From assembly GCA_039586365.1 (NCBI GenBank), contig JBDHKN010000090.1:1-18142 (forward strand): 18,142 nt of DNA, written 5' to 3'. The position numbers and the translations under genes are program-made. The notes beneath the pieces are model-generated. The model had not been told where the DNA came from. It saw nothing but the letters and a program-made list of their open reading frames with translations, and ran no database searches. Numbering within the stretch: the first letter of the stretch is position 1; every line of letters begins with the position of its first letter. Positions 17,926 to 18,142 of this stretch are shown here, piece after piece. This DNA comes from Gemmatimonadota bacterium (GTDB taxonomy: Bacteria; Gemmatimonadota; Gemmatimonadetes; Gemmatimonadales; GWC2-71-9).

Positions 17926-18142
17926 AAGCTCCCCTGCGGTTGGCCAGGGCGCTGATCCGCTGGCTCACCTCGAGGGCGCGGCGCAGCGAAGTCGAAGGTG
18001 ATCTGCTGGAGGCATACGCTGCTTGGCTGCGATCGAAGGGCACTGTGTCCGCGCGGCTCCGCTTGTGGCGTGAAGTGCTGTTGATCCCCGTGTGGCGTGT
18101 CATTGGCACGGTGCGAGCGCACCGTGACGGGAGCCCGCGTGC
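17922..18142 (+). CDS. N-terminus (permease prefix domain) of a second probable ADOP-type ABC permease; partial, runs off the window
   Basis: Not in the ORF track; ATGA overlap with the padR stop; MKAPLRLARALIRWL......EVEGDLLEAY......G...ARLRLWREVL parallels the prefix of the permease starting at 16916. Confidence 0.8.
   Translation, partial: MKAPLRLARALIRWLTSRARRSEVEGDLLEAYAAWLRSKGTVSARLRLWREVLLIPVWRVIGTVRAHRDGSPR

Overview
GC-rich bacterial window whose gene content (PadR + ADOP-type ABC permeases, 6-bladed beta-propeller, BNR and DUF4382 surface proteins) suggests Gemmatimonadota or a relative; this is an inference. Left: a truncated DUF2779-like gene, then a + strand surface-signalling cluster (outer-membrane beta-barrel, TonB-dependent receptor, ECF sigma, zinc-binding anti-sigma, DUF4382/Ig-like lipoprotein). 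A bipartite motif CGTCAGA-N15-GCGTGGTAT occurs identically before the receptor and before the lipoprotein. Middle: - strand exported proteins (BNR/sialidase-like, alpha/beta hydrolase lipoprotein, beta-propeller, small beta-barrel). The last two are unrelated genes, yet each sits in a homologous non-coding frame: a ~170-bp, ~85% identical upstream element (sigma70-like promoter, conserved hairpin, four GACGCC repeats) and a related downstream hairpin. Right: an orphan ISNCY/IS1202-type end, gene relics, and two divergent padR-permease operons with palindromic operators. No rRNA, tRNA or CRISPR array was seen. All family calls come from motif recognition by eye, not database searches.
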